Of a stretch of DNA of 64,000 bases, positions 22,290 through 34,700 are shown one piece after another (within the stretch, counting starts at the first letter, position 1; each line of letters opens with the position of its first letter). The notes under the pieces were generated by a model. That model was not told the origin of the DNA, did no database searches, and saw nothing but the letters and a program-made list of their open reading frames with translations. The stretch is from Cenococcum geophilum (lineage: Eukaryota): assembly GCA_050273025.1 (NCBI GenBank), contig CP158635.1, positions 22,196,001-22,260,000 of the forward strand, written 5' to 3'. The translations under genes were made by a program, and so were the position numbers.

Positions 22290-25200
22290 CCGCCCCTGGA
22301 ATTCGACGACGGCTGCACGATGAGAACTGATACCAGAGCCTCAATTGATCGCACGGATACAGGGCCGATTGTACGATGCAGAGCCAGACGCAGAGCTGCA
22401 CGCAGAGCCTTGATCGAACGACTGCACGGAAACCTTGATCAATCGAATGACTGCACAGAAGCCACGACTGGTCGAGGAATTGAATCAAGCCAGAGCCTCG
22501 ATACCAGCACGTCGCCGTCACTAAATCAAGTCTGTCGAATGTCGTCAAATTAGAGCCTTCGACCGGGCCGACCTTGTTCCTTAATCGAACGACGACTGAT
22601 CGCAGCACGACTGCCACTGCCATCCGAATTCAGTACTGCGCCAGCTGCACGACGAGAACGGACACCGCGGCAAGGAAGAGACCTGTATAAAGGCAGTAGC
22701 ATAATATTGGAAAACAAGCAGCATACGAAGAGACACTGATAAAGATGCTCTGCAAGAGATCGTACATGGGGTATATCTGACCACGATAAACCCAAGCCAT
22801 CCTTATGCGACTGAAGACAGGACCGAGCCGTATTTGGCTAAGCTAGTAAAGAGCCTTGTTAAGGATTATAAGGGGAACAGGAATTGGACGTATAGGAGCC
22901 AGCGCTTTTCCTTAGAGGTCGTCTTAATAAAGGACTGTATTATGGATACAAGGGCAAGGGATATGCGACGGAGGTAGTTATAATGGCCGAGAAGCTGCCA
23001 CCGGATGGTTTCGAAGGACGACTCAGACGAAGTATGGAGTTAGTAGGACGGCAATTAAGAGACTAGAAGCAGAAGACAATCCTAAGAAGGTTCTTAAGCC
23101 GGAGGAAGATTAAGGATACGCGAGCATACTGCTAGCAGCGAGAACAAAGAAGTAACCGTAAAAGTCTAAGGATATACCGAAGAAGCTAAGAGCAAGGACG
23201 GTTTAGAAAGGGAGGAAAGCAGCTATTAAGGACGTCCTAGAAAAGCACCGGGCCCGCGATAGTGGTCTACTGGAAGCTGCCGTTTATGCCTACGAGGAAG
23301 GACGTCTTAGGACAGGTCTCTGGATTAGACGTCTGGAGGATGCCGAGAGCCTTGATTATACGATGCGGAGCCTTGATCGATTGTATGGATGCAGAGCTTT
23401 GACTGAACGACTGCACAGCCAGAGTCTTGATCGGTTGTCCGTAGATGTAGAGCCTACGGATACAGAGCCTAGATCGTATGTGCAGCAGAGGACACCTTGA
23501 GTTAAGCCAGAGCCTTAGTCAAATCCTGATCAGCCGAACGCCGCCTGTACAAGTTAAGTCGTCAAATTAGAGCCTTCAGTCGGGCCGACCTAATACCCTA
23601 TTTGAACGTCCGTCGATCGTACGTTGTCACTGTTAGTTAAGTCAGTCACCCGTCGCCGTTAGACGTCTTCGATTGGCAGTCAAAGATGCATTACCGCAGG
23701 CACGCAGGCACGCAGGCACTAGGCCTAATTAGGAAACCAGTATACGGCCGGAAGAACGTCGGAAACACGGTCAATTAACGTTTTGGAGCCTCTGCGAGAG
23801 TCTCTTCCCTTAACTATCTACCCCCTTATCGATCGATTGCCGCCCGTCTCGACGCCCACGGATTGGTTAACTAGAACGATCTTTCCTGCAGATATAGATG
23901 TGGAGCTTTACACGGAGTCTCACACGGGGTCTACGGATATGGAGCATACAGGTGCAGAGCCTTGATTGGACAACAGTACGGCGGCTTAACCGGACGCCTA
24001 TATATGCGAAGCCTTGATTAAACGGCAGATGCAGAGCCTTGACTAATCAGACGTCTACACAGAAGCTTTAATCAACTGTTTACGGATGCAAAGCCCCAGT
24101 CGTACATGCAGCAGAAGACACCTTAAGTCAAGCCAGGGCCTTATCAGATCTTAATCAGCTGAACGCCGTCTCCGCATTTAAATTAGGACAATCAGAGCCT
24201 TTGACCGGGCCGACTTTCTGCCTTAATTAAACGACTGAACGACCAGTTGCAGCACGTCGTCGCCGACCAATTAAACAGTCTCCGGCTAATAGTCAACGCA
24301 GGCATACAGGCACGCACGCAGACACGGACGCAGAATATGCAGTGTGGAGCTACTGATGTACAGCTAGATGCAGGGCCTAGTGCAAAGCCACGGGCAGAGC
24401 CTTGACTGAGAAGCTGCGTACGATGCAGACCGATACAGAGCTAGATGCAGAGTTTTGATATTAAACGGCAGCGGAACGATCGAGTTAATCCAGAGCCTCT
24501 GCTACCTTGATTGACTGTCCTGCTACCGCCGCTGCTGCCGCTATTCCATCCGGCTATTTTGTCCCTACTGTCTTGACCAACTGCTCTGTCTCTACTGTTC
24601 TAGATCTGTACCGCTGCTGGATTTGCTGGATCTGTTATGCCGTCCAACTGTTCTAGCCGACCTGTTCTAGGCCTAATGCTGTTTTGACTGTTCTACTGCT
24701 GCTCTCCCGACCGCCATACCCTACCGTTTTAATCGCCCTGCCTCCGACCGACTGCTACTGACCACTGCCATTGACCGTTCTGTTACTGCTGCTGCTGCTA
24801 CTGCTGCTACTGCTACTGCTGTATCAGCGGACTGCTACCAACCGACTACTATCGACCGTCTGCCGCTACCGAGATTTCTGCTACCAAAAGTTCTGCTGCT
24901 GGATATCCTACTGCTTACTAACTGTTACTAAGTTCTTCTGCCGAGTGCTCTACCGCCGACTGTTCCATTTTATTTTACCGCGCTAACTGTCTGCTTTTAT
25001 TACTGTTTATGCTACTGTTACTGCTACTGCTATTACTGCTGTTACTGCTGCCATTATTATTTTTGGTTTACTGCTGTCCTAGTTACTGCTAGTAGGAAAA
25101 TCGGATCTTAGCTATGGGTAACGGAAAGACGCCGTAGAGCAGTTCTATGGAAGGGCTAAGGATATAGTTACCTGCGTTCGTTTATGGATATGCTTTCCTT

Positions 25201-25535
25201 TGTCTATTCTGCTTTTGCTATACTCTCGTTTTGCTATTCTTCTATATTATAGAATGTTAGGGGACAACGTTCTTGGTGGGGGAGGTATATGGTGGTATAG
25301 ATTGGACGTCGCCTACTGTCTTGGCATTTTCCTATATTTATAGAGCCTTCGGCTTCCTTCCTTCTTCCCTCTATTATATATATATCACGACCTTACCAGT
25401 TACCGGAAATACACTCTTTTCTTTCTTTCTTACTGACTGTTCTACTGACTGATTATGACCGACCGACCGACCGACCGACAGACAGACAGACGGCACTGTG
25501 ACTTTCCTATCTTAGAGAGGTCGTACCCTCCCACA
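22290..25535 (+). mobile_element. Probable non-autonomous LTR-retroelement remnant with repetitive internal region and a 3' LTR
   Basis: PPT-like GGTGGGGGAGG followed by an LTR-like segment 25288-25535 (TA/TG..CA); internal diverged modules; no 5' LTR or pol in the window; left boundary uncertain. Confidence 0.45.
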
Positions 25536-27086
25536 CTATATTGCCTATAGTTACTAATGCCTTCTATGCTCTTTTTGCTACCTAATCTACTTTTTCTAAG
25601 TCCTTTTTATATTAATCTATAACCTTTTTAGCCTTTATAGCAGCAGCCCAAGCCTCCTTCCTTTCTTAAACTTATACCTTAGTAACTATAGCTACCTTTT
25701 TTCTCTCCCCTCTTAGCTGATCTCTAGTATTCTTAGCCCTCTACTTAGCCTTATTTACAGCCTCCTTAGTGTTAATAAGTACTTTAGCTAATTTAGTAGT
25801 AAAAACTAATTTAATAGGAAGTACTACCCGCTTCTTTTTCTTCTTGACTTTCGTATCTATAGCATTATTATAAAGCTTAGTATTTTCTAGCCGTAGTATT
25901 TCTATGCCTTTATCTATTAAATCTATATAGCTTATAAGTTTTCTAATAACAACATTAATTGCTTTAGAAGTAGTATCTAAATAATGGATTGTATGGCTAT
26001 ACCGAGCTCAATTAGAGTGGCTTTTTAGAGTCTTTAGATGCAGAGGTAAGAATAAAAGCGTTGGTTTGTTTAAGGGCTAAGGTATATATAGTTATATAGA
26101 GGAAGGCTGCCCTAAAAGGTATTAGAGGGCTTAATTAGAGTTAAAGAAAAGAAGGCCTGCAGCTTTAAATGCACTATTAATTAGTTTAGGCATATATATT
26201 TAAGGCCTAATCTTACCTAGGATCTATAGAAAGTAGTCTCTATTAATACTAGTAATACCGCAAGCTGTATATTTATTAACTTTGGCTAAATATAGATACT
26301 TAACTACTAAAAAGATAATAAGATCTAGAGGCTGTAGAAAGTAGGTTAAGTAAGGTAAAAGATATATAGAAATAATCTTATACTTCTAGCAGAACTCTAT
26401 AAACTCAATATTGGTATAAGAGCGGTGCCTATCTATAATAAGCAATTAGTAGCCATAGTGTTTAATATTTAGGGTATTGATTTTAGAGGCCTCCTATACT
26501 TCTATTTACTGAGTATAACGCTTAAAATATTAAAGCCACTTAAAGCCTATTTTTTTAAATTTAACTAACCATTCTCTATTATTCTAATTAGGCACTCGCC
26601 TATAGCTTCCTCTACTATTTCCTATAGTAAATCCATATACTACTTCCCTTTAAAAATAATAAACGCTAGAATTATTTGCCTATACATGCTAATTAAGTCA
26701 ATTTAGGTAACCTACTCCCTATTACCGTTAATCGTTTTAAAGTTAATAATTCTGCCTCTTAATAAAACTACTTTTACAGTAAAAGCTAGTCCTATTATAT
26801 ATCCTGTCTTACCTATATTCTACCTATTAAATTCGCTAATATTATATTAAGTAATGGCGTAGGTATAGTTAGTAAAGAATCTCTAAATAAGGCCTAGATT
26901 ATTATTTATAAAAGCTTATTCTTAATTAATTAAATATATATAGCAGTAGTAAAGCTTTTCCTACCATTATAGGAAGTTATATACTTACTTTATACTAAAA
27001 GGGTCAACATAGACGTATTAAGGAAGATTAGCGTACTCCCGGTGGAGGACTACTAGAGTAATTAATTAAATGGTACGCTGCTAATA

Positions 27087-30000
27087 CAGTGATGTTCACG
27101 ACCAGCTTCACCCCCCCCCCCCCTTAAGCGAGCGCTGCGAGATTTCAAATTCGCTTCGCGCATCCGACCTCGCTTGATCGCCACCAACTGTACATAGTAA
27201 TTGAAGCGAAGCCGTATGCTTGGCCGTAAGAACCTTGCTTCTAACGGACTTAAAGCCATTTACAACCGGCCTTCCTCTGCAGTGTCGTGATCTTTGTCAA
27301 ATATCGTGAGGTTTTTACCTGTACTATATTCGCAATATGGCTCCGCAAATGGGCCCATATCAGCACGCCCTAATTGAGGATCTTCTTCGACTTGGAGTAA
27401 CTTAAGCAGAATGTGCCTCCACCGCTAGTTGTATAATTCGATTAATTGCCTTAATTAGAAGGAACTTGCGAGTATTCGGATTAACTTAGGCGCCTTTAAA
27501 TGGTGAGGGTGGCCAGTTTTTACTGAGCAATTAGATGGTTGTGGTAATACTAATGCGGCTGGAGGAAAAGCTAACTCTCTTTGGTGATAAGTTGCAGTGG
27601 TTACTCTATAATATATTTAATATTATAGTAAGCCGCTATATAATATTTTAAGAGCTTTATTTAGCTAGCTGGATAAGAAAGCGGGTAAGCTAATTAGATT
27701 ATTTTGTAGAGCCTAGGGAGTAGCTTATATAAAGTAGTGTCGCCAGGTAGCTCTTAAGCGCAGCTCTTACGATCGCGATATATATTTCGCCATTATATTA
27801 TAGTATACCGCCGATTAACTGGTATTTATAGATAAGTTAGGCGCGGATTTAAAGACGGGCGTGCGGAAGACTGGCTGGGCTCCCTTTAGTGTTATACTAG
27901 TACTATAAACGCCATATAATCGGGGTAAGACGAGGCTTAATATACTGCCTGCGTATACAGTTAACGGTATACTAGTAGCCTTAGTATATAAAGGCTTAAT
28001 AAATAGCAAAGGCTTTAAGTTCTAGGTGGCAAATACTCTTCTACTATAGTGTAATCGCTTTCCTGCTAAGCGATTAGTAGTGGTTATAGATAACGCTAGC
28101 TTTTATTACTTAGAAAGAATATAGGCTCTCTTTAACGCCTTTGGTGTTAAGCTTATATATTTACCTATATACTTACCTAATTTAAATCTAATTAAAGAGT
28201 TCTTTGGGGAGCTGAAAGCTTTTATTTAGTAGGAGTAGTCCTCTTAGGCAAAGCACCCTAAAAGCTTTAGGTATAGCTTTAAAGCCTTCCTTTATTAGAG
28301 TGTAGATGAGGTTAATAGCAAGAGCGAAAGCGCGAGAGGATATTTCCGATATAGTGGGTACAGTTATTAAGGTTTTTGGTATAAGGGTAGATTAATTTTT
28401 AGTGTAAGAAAAGATCGATTTTTAGTAGCATTCCTAATTGTACTTAACACTTATAAATATACTAAGAGGCTTTTATCTCTTATATATATAGGGTGTCTTC
28501 GCCACTATAGAGGCACTAGTAGTAATAAAGGCACCCTATATTTTACTAATTAAGATTATCTACATCTTAAAAACCACCCTATATAGGGCGTCTCTACCAC
28601 TATAGGGCCGCCAGCAGTAATAAAGACACCCTATATTTTGCTAATTATCTACATCTTAGAAACTTCCTTTAAGCTAAGTACGACGCTCGTTTGCGCACTT
28701 CTTTAAGTCCTTCTATAGCCGCCTTACGACGCCCGATTTAACACTAGCCTTTACAAGTTCCTTAACTGGATTAGCGCTATTAGATTTATTACGTAGGAGC
28801 TCTAAGTCCTATCTTAGATTATAAACAACTTTATATGCCGCCTTAAAGTTAGCCTCCCAGTTAAGATCACCAGCTACACTCTACTTTTAATACACAAAGA
28901 ACTCCTCTAAATCCTTTACGCGGTTAACGCCTTGTAGACGGCGTATTAGTAATATAGGTAAGGATAGTAATATTAATCGGCCTACTAGTGTAGGAGTTTA
29001 CTAATCTATTTGCTAATCTGGTACTAGGCTTATAGAGCTAATATAAAAGTAATTAACGATACCTAGAGTACTAGCAGTAGAGCTTTCGCCAGAGGCTAAT
29101 TAACGTGCTCTTCTACTGCTATTCCCTCCATTTGCTGCTCTCTTAGTAAGCCGAGCAGCAAGATTATAAGGTGGATTCTAAATATTCGCAATACTATACT
29201 AGATGCTAGTTACCTATTCTCTTAAGTCCTTATCTATTAATTTAATATCTACCTAGCCAAGTATATAATACTAATTAATATTTAGGTAGCGCTTTTTATA
29301 ACGCTAATATCTAGTAAGCTTAACCTATAATCCTATTAAATCTATAGCGGTATTAGTAGGAGGTATATAAGGCGTTAAGTTCGGCTCTAAAATCTATAAG
29401 GGCGTTAAAACCTTACCCTAAAGTTAATTAAGTATTAACGGACGAGAACTAACTCTAAAATAAAAGGCTACTGGCTAATTCCTAGCTGGAGCATATATAA
29501 TTAAGAGGTTAACGGTAAGAGCCTTAATTACGCCACTTCTATTAGTATGCTTCGCCCACACTATAAGCTAAGTATTAACCTTTTACTACTAAGCTATAAC
29601 CTTAACTTCTATTACATTAAACCTAACGTCCTAAACGTCTGCGTACTAAGTATTAACTTTAGCCTTAACCGGCCGGAGCTTAATGCGAATGCCTTACTCT
29701 TAATAATATAGCTCTCTTTTATAAATAGGAAAGACTTAGAGTCGCCAAAGATTATAAAGCTAGAGGCTTACACTAATAAGAGTTTCAGTAAAAGGCGAAT
29801 CCTTTAGGTATTAAATTACTATATTATAATTGTAGGTAACAAATACGCCGCCGCTTCTCTTCTCTATATTACTAATCTTACTCTTAAAACGCAGGCAAGG
29901 AGGTAGCGGAATTAGCTCCTCCTTGTACTTACTTAGTAAGCGTAAGTAAGCCCTTAGAGGTAAGCGGGAGACTAAAGGTAAGTAAGGAAATATAGGAGCC

Positions 30001-30673
30001 CGAGGAGCCCGAGAAGCCCAAGGGGCTTAAGGAGCTTAAGGAGCTTAAGGAGCTCGAGCAGCTTCTTAAGAGGCCGTGGCTTAATATCGCGGTACTGGTA
30101 TAACTAGCGGCTCCTGTGTTAAATACGGCGACGTATAAGATCTTAATTAAGGCGATCTACTAAACTAACTTTAAGAAGCCTGCTGACTTTGGTAGCGCAT
30201 ATGCTAATACGCTGCCTCTTCCTTAGCCTCCGCTGCGGCTTCCAAATCGTCCTCTATTTCCTTAAGCTCCTCTAGTATAAAGCCCAGCTAAACGGCGTTA
30301 TATTCGCGCCCCAGTAGCTATTATAATAAGGAGGGAGAAAGGAAGTTTTATTAAGTTCGCTAAGAGGGAGGACTATCGCCCATTAATTAAGCTGCTACGC
30401 GTTTTAAAGAAGGATACATATTAGAGGCAAATTAACAGTAATACAACACAATTTTGGGTGGATATTACGACTTAGTAGGCAGGAGTAGGTTCTATATAGC
30501 TTTAATTTAATCGTCCCTGGCAACTAGGACGGTCCTTACGTGCAGGCACATGCGTTCGCTTTAATTACTATATACAGTTAGTGGCGATTAAGTGAGGTCG
30601 GATGCGCGAAGCGAATTTGAAATCTCGCAGCGCTCGCTTAAGGGGGGGGTGAAGCTAGTCGTAAATATCACTA
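27087..30673 (+). mobile_element. Tc1/mariner (IS630-like) transposon with ~125-bp TIRs, TA TSD and a second internal ORF remnant
   Basis: TA|CAGTGATGTTCACGACCAGCTTCACCCC.. and ..GGGGTGAAGCTAGTCGTAAATATCACTA|TA; long TIRs match. Confidence 0.92.
27337..28370 (+). pseudogene. Tc1-like DDE transposase, RIP-inactivated
   Basis: MAPQMGPYQHALIEDLL..; VVVIDNASF; LIYLPIYLPNLNLIKEFF (= LPPYSPDLNPIEEFF). Confidence 0.88.
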
Positions 30674-31225
30674 TATAGAAATCTAGCGTTTGTAAGGTAT
30701 ATAAGGTGTTAAATAATTATATCTTTGCTAGCAACGGTAATACGGTTCTAGTTGGTATAGGCAACTTTATGGCTATTACTTTCTATTAAAATAGTGTTAA
30801 AATGTCTATGGATCTACCCTATAGGCCTTTATATAAGTTTCCCGGTCTTTATAGAGCCTAGAACGCTAGGAAATAATGGCGCTCTATATTTTCTCTTCTC
30901 TACTAGGTTACAGGGGCTAGCGGGGCATTATGGTATTAGTAAAAGATTTTTTTAATTTAGCTATAAGCATTTAAAATAAGATAAAGTTGTTATTTTAATT
31001 TTAAACCCGGTAATATACTATATTAGGAAGGCGATAAGCCCAATTAGGAAGGCGGTAGTAGCTGACCGTTATAGCCCTATTATATATATTAGGTAAAGGC
31101 AAAGCGCATAAAACTAGTTAAAAGGTTATACTAATATTAGAAAAATATTCGCAGGCTAACTTTTAAACTACCTATTAAGTAAAAATCAAATACTGCTAAT
31201 TAGTTAACGTATTTAACGTTATTAA

Positions 31226-31534
31226 TACGTAGCCTATATATAGCCTACGCAATTAGCGTGTCTAATAACTAACTTAACACCTAACTTAATAGATTTTTTA
31301 ATTTTCTAAATTTCGCTTATTTTACTTAGGCTCTAATAAGCCCCCTAATAACGCTATAAAAAAATTATATAATAAATTTTTTAAAAAATGTTTATTTAGG
31401 GAGGTTATATTATATATAATATATAATACTATATTATAGAACTTAAAAGACTTTAATATTTTTATAAGTAAGAAGGCAAATTAACGAAATTGCTAATTAC
31501 GTAGATTGCGCGCAGGCTGCGCGTAGGCTGCGCG
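31226..31534. mobile_element. Putative MITE flanked by TTAA
   Basis: TTAA|TACGTAGCCTATATATAGCCTACGCAAT ... ATTGCGCGCAGGCTGCGCGTAGGCTGCGCG|TTAA; TIRs match once RIP is allowed for. Confidence 0.5.
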
Positions 31535-31644
31535 TTAAAAAAAACACGATATAGGCTAGTCGGTCAAGTTGCCAAATGCCCCTAACTGCACGCCAATTGC
31601 TAACCATTGAGGCCATTGATAGGGGACAATATTTTGCCGATAAA

Positions 31645-31735
31645 GGGTTTTCCCTACTAGGGATTTTTCCTATAAATAGAATGTAGAAACCTATATAGAC
31701 TTAGAAAAGGGACCGAATTAGGCAATAAATAGAAT
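31645..31735 (-). repeat. ~90-bp inverted repeat, right arm (partner 18530-18620)
   Basis: Reverse-complement match to the left arm. Confidence 0.8.
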
Positions 31736-34700
31736 AAATAATAATTATAGTTATTGTAAAATATATTATAACTTTATTTATAATATAAACATATAAGTTT
31801 AAGTTATATAAAAATATAACTATTAATCTTAATAGATATAAAAAAGAACTATTTATATTATAGTTATATAGTAATATATAATATAGCTATATAATAATGT
31901 TATTAATAATTTTAGTTTATATTAAACAAGTACTTTTTTAACTACACTTTTAATATATATTTGTTATATAGAATTATAGTTTTAGTATTTAATAAGCCAT
32001 ACTTAAATTTTTATAAAATTCTATAAAAAGGATATGAAGTTAGAGGTAGTCTAAAATGGTATATTTAGGCATATTTTAATAAGGAACACTATATATAAGC
32101 TGTTAGTGTGCTCGAGCCGGCCGGAACGTCTATATTCGCTTTGGAAAAAGACGATTAAATATTAGAAACTGTTAGCGACTCAGTCAATCGAGACATAAGC
32201 ACGGCAAAAGGGTCGCGCAAGCCTGTACAATTGGATTGTCTATAAACGAGAATCTAAAGCTAAAGAAAAGGAAAGGAAAGGAAAGGATAAGTAGCAACGC
32301 GAGGAGTTATATACAATCCCCTAGTCACGTAAGAGTCACGTGAGCCCTGCGTCTACCATAACGTTTACTATAGCTGCCGCTTTCTGCCAGTGCCATAACA
32401 TTACCCCCCCCCTCCGCAAAAGCCTGCCCTTAGGCTTTGTATGTCCGTATTATGCCTATAAGGCGTTCTTATCTTTATGTTCTTTTAGTAACTTATTATC
32501 TTTATTATACTAGAATTCCATCTATTTGTCTAGGTACCTTAGCGGTCCTAGTTTATTAGGGTAACGGCTATGGAATTCTTAAAGCTTATAGGGACTGCCG
32601 ATAAAGTTCTATATAGGATACTAGGTAGGATCTAGGTTATAGCCTTTCTAACTAAGCGTTTTCCTTACTAGCTTATAGGCCAGTATCTCTTTAATTTCCT
32701 ATTTGTTATTGCCATTGACTTAAATCGGCAGTAGGGTGGGCGAAATCTAATCTTATCGCGATACGGATCGACGATCCACTATTGATACGATATCTCGTAT
32801 CGTATCAAAGTATCGTAATATTCCTTAGCATTCCCCATTAAATTTTCCCCATTAAATTTACTACTTTTCTACTATAATATTGTATGAAATATGGCTTCAG
32901 AAGCGGATTTATCTCTTCTTAAAAATACTCCTAGCTTAATTAAGAGCTCTAGCACATAATAGGCTTAGCTTCGATATCTAGTCCATAAATTTACTCGCCT
33001 ACTATACGAAAATGAGCCAATATACGATAAAAAGAACCGAAGGCTTATATACTGCAACCAGTGCGAAAGCTACTTAGCACTATTAACCACAAATATAAAA
33101 AAACACCTTGTAAAAGACCACGCAATCTCTATTAACTTAAAACAGCCTTATACTTGTCACGGAACCCCACCACAGGGGCCTCTATAGGAGAGCCCCGTGC
33201 TCTTGCATACACCTCGCGTACAGCTTATGTCAGCTACGCGTAGGTATATCACCTCCTTACGCCCTCGACCCTTACGATCGATCGCGCAACGTCTTATAGA
33301 CTCCTCGAATACATACGCTTTATAGCCACTGCCCCCGTCCCATAACATTACATTGCGCCTTTTTTACCACCGACGCTTAGCCTACGACTAATTCTACGTC
33401 TCTGCAATACTGCAGGCGCTGCCAGAAGCAGCGTATCTATAAATTACCTCACTTTATACTTCTAAGGAACCCACAATAGTAAGACGATATCCCTTACTAG
33501 CTACTATATTAAACCTAAAGAACAATCTAATACCTATACTTAACCTATAACGCTAATTAATCCCAGGAAAATTCGATTTATTAGCCCTAGCCTTAACCCC
33601 TAAGGAGACGGACACTAATAATATCTTATCTTTTATTAACTATATAACTACGGACAAGCAAACGGAAGGGCTATTACCTATTAAAATTAAAATATAAGAC
33701 GCCGAGATGTTTGTAAAAATGGTAGCATAAGACCCTAATAAATACTACCGCCTTTTATAGGACTACCACCTAAAGCTTATATAAGCCGAGATGCATACTA
33801 CCTAAGATTGTGATATTATCTAAGACCTATAAGCTCGTAAGGCGCTCGTTAATAACATATATTAAAAACTAAAGACAACCTCTATATGTCTAAACGCAAC
33901 GTCTAACAGTTAAAGAAGGCTAAAATTGCACTAATTGCTACGGTTACTAAAAGAGAAGGTATAATTAAATACCTATAATCTTAGCTTAATAAGCACATTT
34001 ATAATAGCGCTAGATACCTCTCTACTATATATAACGCCACCTAAGTCTCTACGCCCCTAGTAACTTTACCTACTTAACGCTTAATAAAGGGCTAGCGCTA
34101 AGCAACTTTACCTAATAGAAACCCCTACTAAAGTAGTAATAATAAAAGCTATAATAATTAGACCTAAACTGCTACTATAGGGTCTAATATACGCTACCCT
34201 AATCCCTTAGTCTTTTAGGGAGACCGCAAGGAATATAGCTACTAGAAGATATAAATCTGTAAAAAACTAACTTAGAGCGCCTACCTTTTTCCTATAGAAG
34301 ATACTAAGATCGGCTATATTATTAGGTAAATAAAGGGTACACTGTTTAATAAACTCTTCGCCTAATAGGAGACTAGTGGCCCCTAGAAGTGGTAGTTCTA
34401 CTAAGAAGTCCTTAATAATCTTAACCTAATATACCGTAACTATAACCTACTAGCCACCAACTAAGCTAAACTACATGCCCTAAAGATAAGCCCTACCGAA
34501 TTATTTAATAAATTCTATATTAAATTCTAGAAATATACTAGAACCCTCGCCTAAGATAATACTAAAGACTAGGAGGACCTCCTTAAAAAAGTTACTTATC
34601 GCCTTAGTTACGCAGCCGCTAGCTACAACTATAACAATGTTTATAATATAGTAGTAGCTCTATAGAAGATTAAATAACAACTAAATTAGATTGCTACTGC

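Larger units (their letters stand above)
25536..31085 (-). mobile_element. pogo/Fot1-like DNA transposon (DDE_1), RIPed, split by a Tc1-like insertion
   Basis: Minus strand: LLIIDRHRSY (LLILDGHGSH) ~26420-26450, YLLPYLTYFLQPLD ~26320-26370, start ATG 30928 with HTH-like N-terminus; end sequence 31036-31085 recurs at ~57520-57570. Confidence 0.85.

Noticed and set aside
21406..25535. Element bounded by the 12-bp inverted repeat TGTGGGAGGGTA/TACCCTCCCACA
   Set aside because: No TSD (AGTAT versus CTATA); the right end is better read as an LTR end after a PPT; could be chance or a fragment
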